NCBI RefSeq assembly: GCF_012571345.1
Contig: NZ_CP046218.1
Coordinates: 303,751 to 322,532, forward strand
DNA from: Candidatus Saccharimonadota bacterium
Lineage (GTDB): Bacteria; Pseudomonadota; Gammaproteobacteria; Enterobacterales; Enterobacteriaceae
Reading direction: 5' to 3'
Length of the DNA: 18,782 nt
The notes beneath the pieces are model-generated. The model worked only from the letters and a program-made list of their open reading frames with translations. It made no database searches and was not told the origin of the DNA. Within the stretch, counting starts at the first letter, position 1; each line of letters starts with the position of its first letter. Below, piece by piece: positions 1-8,100 of the stretch. A program made the position numbers and the translations under genes.

Positions 1-102
1 TTTTAAGTTAATGAAGTCTAACATAAAAAATATTCTTTTACAATATGAATAATATTAATAGTATTTGGTTAAAAATAACATATATTTTTCATAAATAATA
101 CT

Positions 103-2619
103 TTATTTTATAGTAACAATATTAAATATTTTTTTATATATATATATAGTTTTGATGATTGTTATTTTTGTAAGATATTTAGATATTTTATTATTTTTAT
201 ATACTATTTGTTTAATTTTTTTTTTATTATCGGCATCTATTATTGGAATAGTTATCACATATTTTTTTTTCCCGTTAATTTGGATTACCAAATTAAATGT
301 AACAGTAAACTGGTTACTCTTTATCGGAAAAAATTTTGGCCATGGTAAAAAATCAATACTTTTATTACCAAAATATTCTAACAAAACATAACTAAAATGC
401 GGAGTAAATGGATATAATAATTTTAAAATTGTATTTAATGCATAATATATTATATTATAATCTATTAGATTATTTATATGATATTTCATCATATAATTCA
501 CTAAAGACATAATAGAAGATATTGCTGTATTAAATATTTGACGTTCATGTATATCATTAGATACTTGTTGTATTGTCTTATTAATTATATTATGTAATTC
601 AAATTGTCTTTGATCATAATTATTAGATAATTGTGTAATATTAAAAGATATACTAATATCATATGGTAATAAACGATATTGATAAATAAAACGCCATAAT
701 TTTTTTAAAAACTTAAACATCCCATTTATACCTGATTCTCTCCATTCCAATGATATTGTTGGTGGTGCTGCAAACATTAAAAATAAACGCAAAGTATCTG
801 CACCATATTTTTTAATCATACTATTAGGGTCAACACCATTTTTTTTTGACTTAGACATTTTTAACATTTTATGTCTTATTAGTATTCTATTTTTATTATC
901 TCTAAAAATTTTATTTTGATTATTTTTATCATATTTTACATGTACATTTTTATAACTAACCCATTTTTTATGATGATTATCATCAATATAATAAAAAGCA
1001 TCTGATAAGACCATTCCTTGACATAATAAATTTTTTACAGGTTCATCATTATATACTAAACCTAAATCTCGCATTAATTTATGGAAAAAGCGTAAATAAA
1101 TTAGATGCATCGTAGCATGTTCTATACCACCAATATATTGATTTACTGGTAACCAGTATTTAATATCATCAGGATTTAATATTCCTTTATTATGATTGGG
1201 ACAAGTATATCTTGCATAATACCAAGAAGATTCAATAAAAGTATCAAAAGTATCTATTTCTCTTTTAGCATATTGACCATTATAATTATAATTAAACCAT
1301 GTAAGATCTATAATTTTTTTTTGATTATAATCATACTTTTTATATTGTTCGAACAAATATTTAGGGAAAATTATTGGTAAATCTTGTTTTTTTAAAGGTA
1401 TAATATTCCCATTAGTCAATGTAATTACTGGTATTGGTGTGCCCCATAAACGTTGTCTAGAAATACACCAATCGTTTAAAGAATAATATATTTTTTGTTG
1501 GAAAAATAATGGTTCCATATTCGATTTAACATGACTTGAATTAAATAAATAATTAACATTATTTTTTACATATGTTATTAAATTATATTTATGTGCAATA
1601 ACATGATCTTCAGAATTATATAAAGGTGTTCCAATACATGCTTTAATATTATGGGGCATAACATTAACTATAATAATAGGAATTTTATTATTTAAATGAT
1701 CTATAATAAACAAATTACTATGAATAAAAGATAATGTATTATGTTTTGATGATGTTTGATAAATATACATATCTAGAAATTTTTTTACTGTTAAATTGTA
1801 TGCAGATATTTTTTTACAAAAATCATGTCGTAATGATAGTTTTATAAAACTAATATTATGCATATATTGTTTTTTTTGTATAAAAACTTTTAATATGGTA
1901 TTAGTTTTATATATTTTATAATTAATTTCTATACCTTCTTTTTTACCTATCCAATTTTGTTGCATGCATTTAACTTGTTTAGGCCAACCATTTAATTTAT
2001 TTAAACCAGATAATAGTTCTTCAGCATAATTAGTAATTTTTAAAAACCATTGTAACATTTGTTTAAGTTTTATAGTATTACCACAACGCCAACAAGTATT
2101 TTTATAAACTTGTTCGTTCGCTAATACTGTTTTATCATGAGAACACCAATTTACTATTGTATTTTTTTTATATACCAGTCCTAATCTATATAATTTTAAA
2201 AATAACAATTGTTCCCAACGATAATATTGAGCATTACATGTAGTAATTTCACGATTCCAATCAAAACTAAAACCTAGAAATTTTAATTGTTGTTTCATGT
2301 ATTGTATATTTTGTTTTGTCCATATATCAGGAGATGTTTTATGATTTATTGCCGCAATTTCTGCTGGCAGTCCAAATGCATCCCATCCTATAGGATGTAA
2401 AACATTTTCACCCAACATACGATGATAACGAGCAATAACATCACTAATAGTATAATTACGTACATGACCCATATGTAAATTACCTGAAGGATAAGGTAAC
2501 ATGGATAAACAATAAAATTTTTTTTTATTATAATCAATATCTACATGAAAAGTATTATGTTTATCCCATTGTTTTTGTACATATTGTTCCACATTATGTG
2601 GATAATATTCTTTTTCCAT
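103..2619 (-). CDS. leuS: Leucyl-tRNA synthetase (class I)
   Basis: 838-aa ORF with ATG at 2617-2619 and TAA at 103-105. The HIGH-type signature 'PYPSGNLHMGH' and the 'KMSKS' loop ('MLKMSKSKKNG') are both present. It is colinear with E. coli LeuRS as I recall it ('YCLSMLPYPSG', 'IGWDAFGLPAE', 'TFDTFIESSWYYARYTCP', 'GGIEHATMHL'). AGGA lies about 9 nt upstream of the ATG. Confidence 0.97.
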   Translation of the reverse strand: MEKEYYPHNVEQYVQKQWDKHNTFHVDIDYNKKKFYCLSMLPYPSGNLHMGHVRNYTISDVIARYHRMLGENVLHPIGWDAFGLPAEIAAINHKTSPDIWTKQNIQYMKQQLKFLGFSFDWNREITTCNAQYYRWEQLLFLKLYRLGLVYKKNTIVNWCSHDKTVLANEQVYKNTCWRCGNTIKLKQMLQWFLKITNYAEELLSGLNKLNGWPKQVKCMQQNWIGKKEGIEINYKIYKTNTILKVFIQKKQYMHNISFIKLSLRHDFCKKISAYNLTVKKFLDMYIYQTSSKHNTLSFIHSNLFIIDHLNNKIPIIIVNVMPHNIKACIGTPLYNSEDHVIAHKYNLITYVKNNVNYLFNSSHVKSNMEPLFFQQKIYYSLNDWCISRQRLWGTPIPVITLTNGNIIPLKKQDLPIIFPKYLFEQYKKYDYNQKKIIDLTWFNYNYNGQYAKREIDTFDTFIESSWYYARYTCPNHNKGILNPDDIKYWLPVNQYIGGIEHATMHLIYLRFFHKLMRDLGLVYNDEPVKNLLCQGMVLSDAFYYIDDNHHKKWVSYKNVHVKYDKNNQNKIFRDNKNRILIRHKMLKMSKSKKNGVDPNSMIKKYGADTLRLFLMFAAPPTISLEWRESGINGMFKFLKKLWRFIYQYRLLPYDISISFNITQLSNNYDQRQFELHNIINKTIQQVSNDIHERQIFNTAISSIMSLVNYMMKYHINNLIDYNIIYYALNTILKLLYPFTPHFSYVLLEYFGNKSIDFLPWPKFFPIKSNQFTVTFNLVIQINGKKKYVITIPIIDADNKKKIKQIVYKNNKISKYLTKITIIKTIYIYKKIFNIVTIK

Positions 2620-2730
2620 ATCATGTAATCCTATAAAAATTTTATGGTTATTCTATTAATTATATGACTTATTATAAGGATTATTAATATTACTTATAGC
2701 ATTTGAAAAAATAAGTATGATTGTATAATA

Positions 2731-3189
2731 TTATTTTTTATAAGGATTTTGATATCCTAAAATATGTAAAAGATCAATTTCTTGATTTTCCATGATATTA
2801 GCATTATATTCATTATCATGGTCAAATGTAAATAAGTGTAATATGCTATGAACTATTAAATGTGCATAATGTTCTATAATTTTTTTATGATATTGTATTG
2901 TTTCTTCATATATTATATCTGGACATAATATAATTTCTCCTAAAAATAGTCTTTTGTTTTTATGTATTTTACTAGGAAAACTTAAAACGTTTGTAGTTTT
3001 ATTTATCTTGAGAAATTTATAATTTAACATTTTTATATATTTTTGATTAACAATACATATTGTAATTTCAATAGATTTTTTTATTAGATAAGGCAAAATA
3101 ATATCTAACCAATGGTATAATATACTTTTTACTGGTATAAAAGCATCACATTTATGGTAAGAGTAATAATGTAGAATAATTTTTTGCAT
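2731..3189 (-). CDS. ybeY: Endoribonuclease YbeY (16S rRNA 3'-end maturation metalloprotein)
   Basis: 152-aa ORF with ATG at 3187-3189 and a TAA stop. The zinc motif H-x3-H-x5-H is present as 'HSILHLFTFDH' (E. coli 'HGSLHLLGYDH'). It sits downstream of miaB, as in the enterobacterial miaB-ybeZ-ybeY cluster. Confidence 0.9.
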   Translation of the reverse strand: MQKIILHYYSYHKCDAFIPVKSILYHWLDIILPYLIKKSIEITICIVNQKYIKMLNYKFLKINKTTNVLSFPSKIHKNKRLFLGEIILCPDIIYEETIQYHKKIIEHYAHLIVHSILHLFTFDHDNEYNANIMENQEIDLLHILGYQNPYKK

Positions 3190-3254
3190 ATTTATATACT
3201 AAATAAAATAATTTTCATTATAATTAAAGTTGGATATATAATGACAGAAAAAAT

Positions 3255-4586
3255 TTAATGTATGCTAATAAATGTAGCATATAAAGTATACAAATAAAAA
3301 CTATCAATATATACATTTACAATTTTACCCATACAATTATATGAACTTTTGAAAAAAACAATTCTATTATTTTCTGTTTTGCCAAAAAAATATTTGTTAT
3401 GTTTAGATATTCCTTCTACTAAAACAGTTTGTATAGAATGCAACATATATGAACTAAATTTTTTTGTTTGTTGTTGGATATAATCTTGCAAGATATATAA
3501 TCTGCGTTTTTTTTCTTGTAAACTAACATTATCTACCATTCTACTAGAAACAGTACCAGGTCTAGCAGAATATATAAAACTATAACTCATATCAATGTCC
3601 ATATCTATAATGAATTGTATTGTTTTATTAAAATCTTCTTGTGTTTCGCCAGGAAAACCTACTATAAAATCAGAACTAATATGAATGTTAGGTCTGATTT
3701 TTTTTAGTTGGTATATAATATTTTTATATTGTGTTAAAGAATATCTTCGTTTCATTAAAGATAAAATTTTTTCTGAACCACTTTGTACTGGCAAATGTAA
3801 AAAATTTACTAACTGTGGTATTTTACCATATACATTAATTAAATCTTGAGTAAAATCCTGAGGATGACTAGTAGTATATCTAATTCTATAGATACCTTTA
3901 ATATGTGAAATCATAATTAATAATTTATCAAAGGTAACAATATCATTATTATTATCTATATATTTATAAGAATTAACATTCTGTCCTAATAAATGTATTT
4001 CTTTAATGCCTTGCATAATTAATTGTTGTATTTCTAATAATATATCTTTATATGGTCTACTAATCTCTTTACCTCTTGTAAAAGGCACAATACAATATGT
4101 GCAATATTTATTACATCCTTCTATAATAGTAACATAAGAAGTATATTTAGTAGTTTTAATAACTGGTAAATAACTAAATTTTTCAGTTTTAGGAAAACTA
4201 ATATCGATTAATTTTTTTTTAAAATTATATACATCTTGTATCATTTTTGGTAATCTATGTATTGTTTGTGGACCAAAAATAATATCTACGTAATGAGCTC
4301 TTTTAAAAATTTTTTCACCTTCTTGTGCAGCCACACATCCACCAACACATATAATAATATTAGGGTTGCCTTGTTTCAAAATTTTCCATCTTCCTAATTG
4401 ATGAAATAGTTTTTCTTGAGCTTTTTCTCTTATAGAACATGTATTTAATATAAATATGTTAGCATGTTTTGCTGTCGTAACAATATCATAATTTAGTTCT
4501 TTACTAATGTAATGTGATAACTTGGTAGAATCATATGTATTCATTTGGCAACCCCAAGTTTTAATATATACTTTATTGCGAGGCAT
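3255..4586 (-). CDS. miaB: tRNA-i6A37 methylthiotransferase MiaB (radical SAM)
   Basis: 443-aa ORF with ATG at 4584-4586 and a TAA stop. The N-terminal 'KTWGCQMN' cluster cysteines, the radical-SAM motif 'CNKYCTYC' and a C-terminal TRAM-like region are present. It is colinear with E. coli MiaB. Confidence 0.95.
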   Translation of the reverse strand: MPRNKVYIKTWGCQMNTYDSTKLSHYISKELNYDIVTTAKHANIFILNTCSIREKAQEKLFHQLGRWKILKQGNPNIIICVGGCVAAQEGEKIFKRAHYVDIIFGPQTIHRLPKMIQDVYNFKKKLIDISFPKTEKFSYLPVIKTTKYTSYVTIIEGCNKYCTYCIVPFTRGKEISRPYKDILLEIQQLIMQGIKEIHLLGQNVNSYKYIDNNNDIVTFDKLLIMISHIKGIYRIRYTTSHPQDFTQDLINVYGKIPQLVNFLHLPVQSGSEKILSLMKRRYSLTQYKNIIYQLKKIRPNIHISSDFIVGFPGETQEDFNKTIQFIIDMDIDMSYSFIYSARPGTVSSRMVDNVSLQEKKRRLYILQDYIQQQTKKFSSYMLHSIQTVLVEGISKHNKYFFGKTENNRIVFFKSSYNCMGKIVNVYIDSFYLYTLYATFISIH

Positions 4587-4637
4587 AGTTATTATAATAT
4601 TTTTATATGTGTTAAACTATTAATAATCAATAATATT

Positions 4638-4710
4638 CTGGGGTACCTGGATTTGAACCAGGGAATGCCGGTATCAAAAACCGGTGCCTTAACCACTTGG
4701 CTATACCCCA
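4638..4710 (-). tRNA. tRNA-Gln (anticodon UUG)
   Basis: The reverse complement reads tggggta-ta-gcca..ggc-a-ccggt-TTTTGAT-accgg-cattc-cctgg-ttcaaat-ccagg-tacccca-g. This is a full cloverleaf, nearly identical to E. coli tRNA-Gln(UUG). No CCA is encoded (the next bases are aat). It is a local G+C island. Confidence 0.93.
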
Positions 4711-4720
4711 AAAATAATCT

Positions 4721-4806
4721 TACGGAAGACGAGACTTGAACTCGTATACTATTTATAAATAGCCAGAACCTAACTCTGGTGCGTCTACCTATTCCGCCAC
4801 TTCCGT
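4721..4806 (-). tRNA. tRNA-Leu (anticodon UAG), class II with a long variable arm
   Basis: The reverse complement reads acggaag-tg-gcggaataggtagacgc-a-ccaga-gTTAGgt-tctgg-ctatttataaatagta-acgag-ttcaagt-ctcgt-cttccgt-a. The acceptor stem has 7 bp, starting with A1:U72. It closely resembles E. coli leuW. No CCA is encoded. Confidence 0.9.
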
Positions 4807-4822
4807 AAAAATAAATATATAA

Positions 4823-4896
4823 TAGCTATGATGGGACTCGAACCCATAATCTCAGCGTTATGAGTGCTGTGCTCTAACCACTTAAGCTACATAGCT
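4823..4896 (-). tRNA. tRNA-Met (anticodon CAU), elongator type
   Basis: The reverse complement reads agctatg-ta-gctt-aagtggtta-gagc-a-cagca-ctCATaa-cgctg-agatt-atggg-ttcgagt-cccat-catagct-a. The acceptor and D arm resemble E. coli metT ('GGCUACGUAGCUCAG'), not the initiator (no C1xA72 mismatch, no GGG/CCC anticodon stem). Its position as the first gene of a Met-Leu-Gln cluster matches the E. coli metT-leuW-glnU order. A lysidine-modified tRNA-Ile2 cannot be formally excluded from sequence alone. Confidence 0.85.
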
Positions 4897-4919
4897 TTAT
4901 ATAACGATTTTATACATAC

Positions 4920-4949
4920 ATTATGAAGTATATACAAGCATAACGTCAA
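4920..4949 (-). promoter_or_regulatory. Candidate sigma70 promoter for the tRNA Met-Leu-Gln (and possibly miaB) transcript
   Basis: On the minus strand, TTGACG (4949-4944) is followed by an 18-nt spacer and then CATAAT (4925-4920). The -10 ends 23 nt upstream of the tRNA-Met 5' end, and an A/T-rich UP-like tract lies upstream. A G/C-containing TTGAC core is uncommon in this background, but -10-like hexamers are everywhere, so this call is tentative. Confidence 0.35.
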
Positions 4950-4997
4950 CTAATTTTATTAAAAAAAATACTGTTTTCTTAAATCGAGTATAATAAT

Positions 4998-6647
4998 ATG
5001 AATAATTATCATAATTATGAAAAAAATTTTATTTTTAAAATAATAAAAAATGATATTGCAAATAAGAAATATCATTTAGTACATACACGATTTCCTCCTG
5101 AACCTAATGGTTATTTACATATTGGACATTTAAAATCTATATGTTTAAATTTTTTTATTGCTGAATATTTTCAAGGTAAATGTAATTTAAGAATTGATGA
5201 TACAAATCCTTCTAAAGAAAATATAAAATATGTCGAACAAATTAAACAGGATTTAATTTGGTTAGGGTTTAAGTGGTGTAATAATATTAAATATACATCA
5301 GATTATTTTGATAATATTTATCAATATGCTATAGAGCTAATTAAAAAAAATTTAGCATATGTTGATGAATTAAATACAGATGATATTACTAAATATCGGG
5401 GCACATTATCTAATCCTGGAGTTGATAGTCCATATAGAAATCGCAGTATTCAAGAAAATTTATTTTTATTTAACAAAATGTTTTTAGGCTGTTTTAAAGA
5501 AGGTGATGTATCTTTAAGAGCTAAAATTGATATGCGATCAAATGTAATTCTTATGAGAGATCCAGTATTATATCGTATTAAGTATATTACACATTATAAA
5601 ACAGGTAATAAATGGTGTATATATCCTACATATGATTTTGCACATTGTATATCTGATGCATTAGAAGGTATTACACATTCTTTATGTACATTGGAATTTC
5701 AAGATAATCGTATATTGTATAATTGGATTTTACAAAATATTAATATCCAAAATAAACCAAAACAATATGAATTTTCTAAATTAAATATAGAATATGCTCT
5801 TCTTACAAAAAGAAAGATAAATATTTTATTAAAAAATAAAATTATTAATAGTTGGGATGATCCACGCTTATTTACTATTTCTGGATTACGTAGAAGAGGT
5901 TATACAGCTTCTGCATTAAGAAATTTTTGTTATAATGTAGGTGTAACAAAACAAAATAATTTAATAGAAATTACATATTTAGAATCATATATACGTAATG
6001 AATTAAATCAAAATGCTGTCAGAAGAATGGCAGTGTTGCGTCCATTAAAACTTATTATAGTTAATTTTCCTCAAAATATTCAATATATTAAATTAACTGC
6101 TCCTAATCATCCAAATGATTTATCTAAAGGATATCGAGATATTTTTTTTACAAAAGAAATTTATATAGATAAAACAGATTTTTTAGAACATGATAAAAAA
6201 AATTGCAAAAAACTTATTTTAGGTCATGAAATACGTTTGAGATATGCTTATGTTATTAAAGCAATAAAAATTTTAAAAGATGCACATAATAATATTATTT
6301 GTTTATATTGTAATTATGATATGCATACTTTAGGAATTAAACTTAATAAATTAAGAGGTGTAAAAGGTGTTATACATTGGATTTCTACATCTTACGCAAT
6401 AAAAGCATATTTTTATATATATGATTATTTATTTACACAGAAAAATATTAATTACCTTAAAGATATTTTATCAGTTGTTAAAAAAAAAACCTTAATACGA
6501 TATTATGGTTTTATCGAGCAGAATATATTATATGATTTAAAATTTACTAAACATTTTCAGTTTGAAAGAGAAGGATATTTTTTTTTAGATATGAAAAATA
6601 AAAAACATCAAATAATATTTAATAGAATTACAACATTAAAAAAATAA
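4998..6647 (+). CDS. glnS: Glutaminyl-tRNA synthetase (class I)
   Basis: 549-aa ORF with ATG at 4998 and TAA at 6645-6647. 'FPPEPNGYLHIGH' (the HIGH motif), 'YPTYDFAHCISDALEGITHSLCTLEF' and 'FQFEREGYF' are present. The MSK-loop is a conservative variant, 'LLTKRK' (E. coli 'VMSKRK'). The ORF is colinear with E. coli GlnRS. Confidence 0.97.
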   Translation: MNNYHNYEKNFIFKIIKNDIANKKYHLVHTRFPPEPNGYLHIGHLKSICLNFFIAEYFQGKCNLRIDDTNPSKENIKYVEQIKQDLIWLGFKWCNNIKYTSDYFDNIYQYAIELIKKNLAYVDELNTDDITKYRGTLSNPGVDSPYRNRSIQENLFLFNKMFLGCFKEGDVSLRAKIDMRSNVILMRDPVLYRIKYITHYKTGNKWCIYPTYDFAHCISDALEGITHSLCTLEFQDNRILYNWILQNINIQNKPKQYEFSKLNIEYALLTKRKINILLKNKIINSWDDPRLFTISGLRRRGYTASALRNFCYNVGVTKQNNLIEITYLESYIRNELNQNAVRRMAVLRPLKLIIVNFPQNIQYIKLTAPNHPNDLSKGYRDIFFTKEIYIDKTDFLEHDKKNCKKLILGHEIRLRYAYVIKAIKILKDAHNNIICLYCNYDMHTLGIKLNKLRGVKGVIHWISTSYAIKAYFYIYDYLFTQKNINYLKDILSVVKKKTLIRYYGFIEQNILYDLKFTKHFQFEREGYFFLDMKNKKHQIIFNRITTLKK

Positions 6648-6661
6648 GTTTTTGTATTACA

Positions 6662-6697
6662 AAAAATCAATTATACGGTCATATATAATTGATTTTT
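6662..6697. terminator. Candidate bidirectional intrinsic terminator between convergent glnS and fldA
   Basis: Inverted repeat aaaaatcaattata (6662-6675) / tataattgattttt (6684-6697) with an 8-nt loop, cggtcata. The core 9-bp stem is flanked by an A-tract on one side and a T-tract on the other, so either strand yields a stem followed by a U-run. The stem is almost all A:U (one G:C pair), so it is thermodynamically weak. Confidence 0.5.
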
Positions 6698-6708
6698 AAA
6701 CATTTATT

Positions 6709-7221
6709 TTATAATTGTAATTCTTTTAACAACTGTGTTATCCATTGTTTAACACGAATATCTGTCAATTCAGATTGTCTATCCTCATCAAGTGGTAAGC
6801 CAACGAAATAATCTTTATTTTTTAAACTTTTCGTTTTACGATAAAAATATCCATTATTAGGCCAATATCCAATAATATTTCCTTTATTTTTTTTAACAAT
6901 ATCGTATATAACACGTAAGGCATCACAAAAATATTCACCATAATCTTCTTGATCACCACAACCAAATAAAGCAATTTTTTTATTTTGAAAATTAATTGTT
7001 TGCAATAAAGGTATAAAATTATCCCAATCATATTGTAAATCACCATAATACCATGTTGGTATGCCAAAGAATAGAATATTAAAAGATTCAATATCTGTTT
7101 TTTTTGTGTTAGCAATATTAAATATACTAACATGTTGATCATTTAAATAATTATATATTTTATAAGCAATATTTTCAGTATGACCAGTATCGCTTCCAAA
7201 AAAAATACCTATTTTAGACAT
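6709..7221 (-). CDS. fldA: Flavodoxin 1 (long-chain)
   Basis: 170-aa ORF with ATG at 7219-7221 and a TAA stop. The FMN-binding loop 'IGIFFGSDTGHTE', 'GIPTWYYG' and 'FGCGDQEDYGEYFCDA' are present. A consensus AAGGAG Shine-Dalgarno (plus-strand ctcctt, 7229-7234) lies 7 nt upstream of the start. Confidence 0.95.
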   Translation of the reverse strand: MSKIGIFFGSDTGHTENIAYKIYNYLNDQHVSIFNIANTKKTDIESFNILFFGIPTWYYGDLQYDWDNFIPLLQTINFQNKKIALFGCGDQEDYGEYFCDALRVIYDIVKKNKGNIIGYWPNNGYFYRKTKSLKNKDYFVGLPLDEDRQSELTDIRVKQWITQLLKELQL

Positions 7222-7248
7222 ATATATTCTCCTTAAATTCTTTTAATA

Positions 7249-8019
7249 TTATTGTTCAAGAAAAATTAATATTTGTCGCAATACAACATCTGTATGGGTT
7301 ATATACATAAAATGTCCTGCATTAATATTATATATAATAGCAGACGGAAATTGTGTAAATATTGCTTTATAATATTCAATTCTAATATAATTAGATTGTT
7401 TCCCTTTTAAAAACATAATTTTTCCTAACCACGGATGTATTAAATTCCAACCAGAAATATTACAATATTGTTGTTGTATAAAAAACCAATTAAATTCCCA
7501 TTGTCCATTATTAAACATATTTAATAATATATTAATCATATCGTAATCCATAATATATAGTTTCATAATATTATATGCTTGTATTTTAGTAGTAATATTC
7601 ATATCATGTATTTTTTTAAAAGATAAAAAAATATTTTTAAAAGAAAAAATATACGCTATAGGTGCAATATCTAAAATAATGATTTTATGAATCATATTTT
7701 TTAAGAAAATAGTTAAATACATAGCAACTTTACCACCCATAGAATATCCAATTAAAATTACTTTTTTATTAATATTTAAAAAATGTAATGTTTCAATAAC
7801 ATCATAAGCCATAATACTATATCTCATATCCATATCATTAATAGATTGGCCATGATTACGTAAATCTAGTAAAATAATGGGATAATTTAATTTTTGTTTT
7901 AATAAATAACCTAATTCAAGCAAACTATTTTTATTACCAAATAATCCGTGTAATATAATAATAGTCATTATGTTATTTTTATTATTTGTATAATTTAATA
8001 TTTTGTGTGATAAAATCAT
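7249..8019 (-). CDS. ybfF: Alpha/beta-hydrolase esterase/thioesterase, YbfF family
   Basis: 256-aa ORF with ATG at 8017-8019 and a TAA stop. 'ILHGLFGN', 'DLRNHGQS', the nucleophile elbow 'GYSMGGK' and the C-terminal 'AGHFMY' His are present. It is colinear with E. coli YbfF ('VHGLFGS...DMRNHGLS...GHSMGGK...GAGHWVH') and keeps the E. coli position next to fldA. Confidence 0.85.
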   Translation of the reverse strand: MILSHKILNYTNNKNNIMTIIILHGLFGNKNSLLELGYLLKQKLNYPIILLDLRNHGQSINDMDMRYSIMAYDVIETLHFLNINKKVILIGYSMGGKVAMYLTIFLKNMIHKIIILDIAPIAYIFSFKNIFLSFKKIHDMNITTKIQAYNIMKLYIMDYDMINILLNMFNNGQWEFNWFFIQQQYCNISGWNLIHPWLGKIMFLKGKQSNYIRIEYYKAIFTQFPSAIIYNINAGHFMYITHTDVVLRQILIFLEQ

Positions 8020-8100
8020 ATACTTTTAAAGCATCAAAAACCTAATTATGTTATTATATATAACAATTTTACTTATATAAATAAATATGCATAATATTAT

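Noticed and set aside
1-24. A minus-strand ATG at 22-24 opens a frame (MLDFINLK...) that runs off the left edge. It could be the start of the gene downstream of leuS.
   Set aside because: Only 8 codons are visible, which is too little to identify or even confirm a gene. I note it only as a possibility.
152-391. 79-aa plus-strand ORF, and likewise the ORF at 1192-1380, both antisense to leuS.
   Set aside because: They lie entirely within the well-supported leuS CDS on the opposite strand. Their translations are Phe/Ile/Leu-rich low-complexity peptides, as expected from reading AT-rich coding DNA backwards. They have no motifs and no Shine-Dalgarno.
4545-4739. 64-aa plus-strand ORF spanning the miaB start, tRNA-Gln and part of tRNA-Leu.
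   Set aside because: It overlaps two confidently folded tRNA genes and the miaB 5' end in antisense. It stays open only because the G+C-rich tRNA sequence lacks stop codons.
4989-4994. A perfect TATAAT hexamer just upstream of the glnS ATG, along with many other TATAAT-like hexamers throughout the window.
   Set aside because: It ends 3 nt before the start codon and has no -35 partner at 16-18 nt, so it cannot be the glnS promoter. At this base composition, -10-like hexamers occur by chance every few dozen bases, so I did not annotate promoters from them.
6822-7142. 106-aa minus-strand ORF inside fldA in another reading frame.
   Set aside because: It is an alternative frame of a strongly conserved flavodoxin gene. 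The translation is low-complexity, and there is no independent start context.
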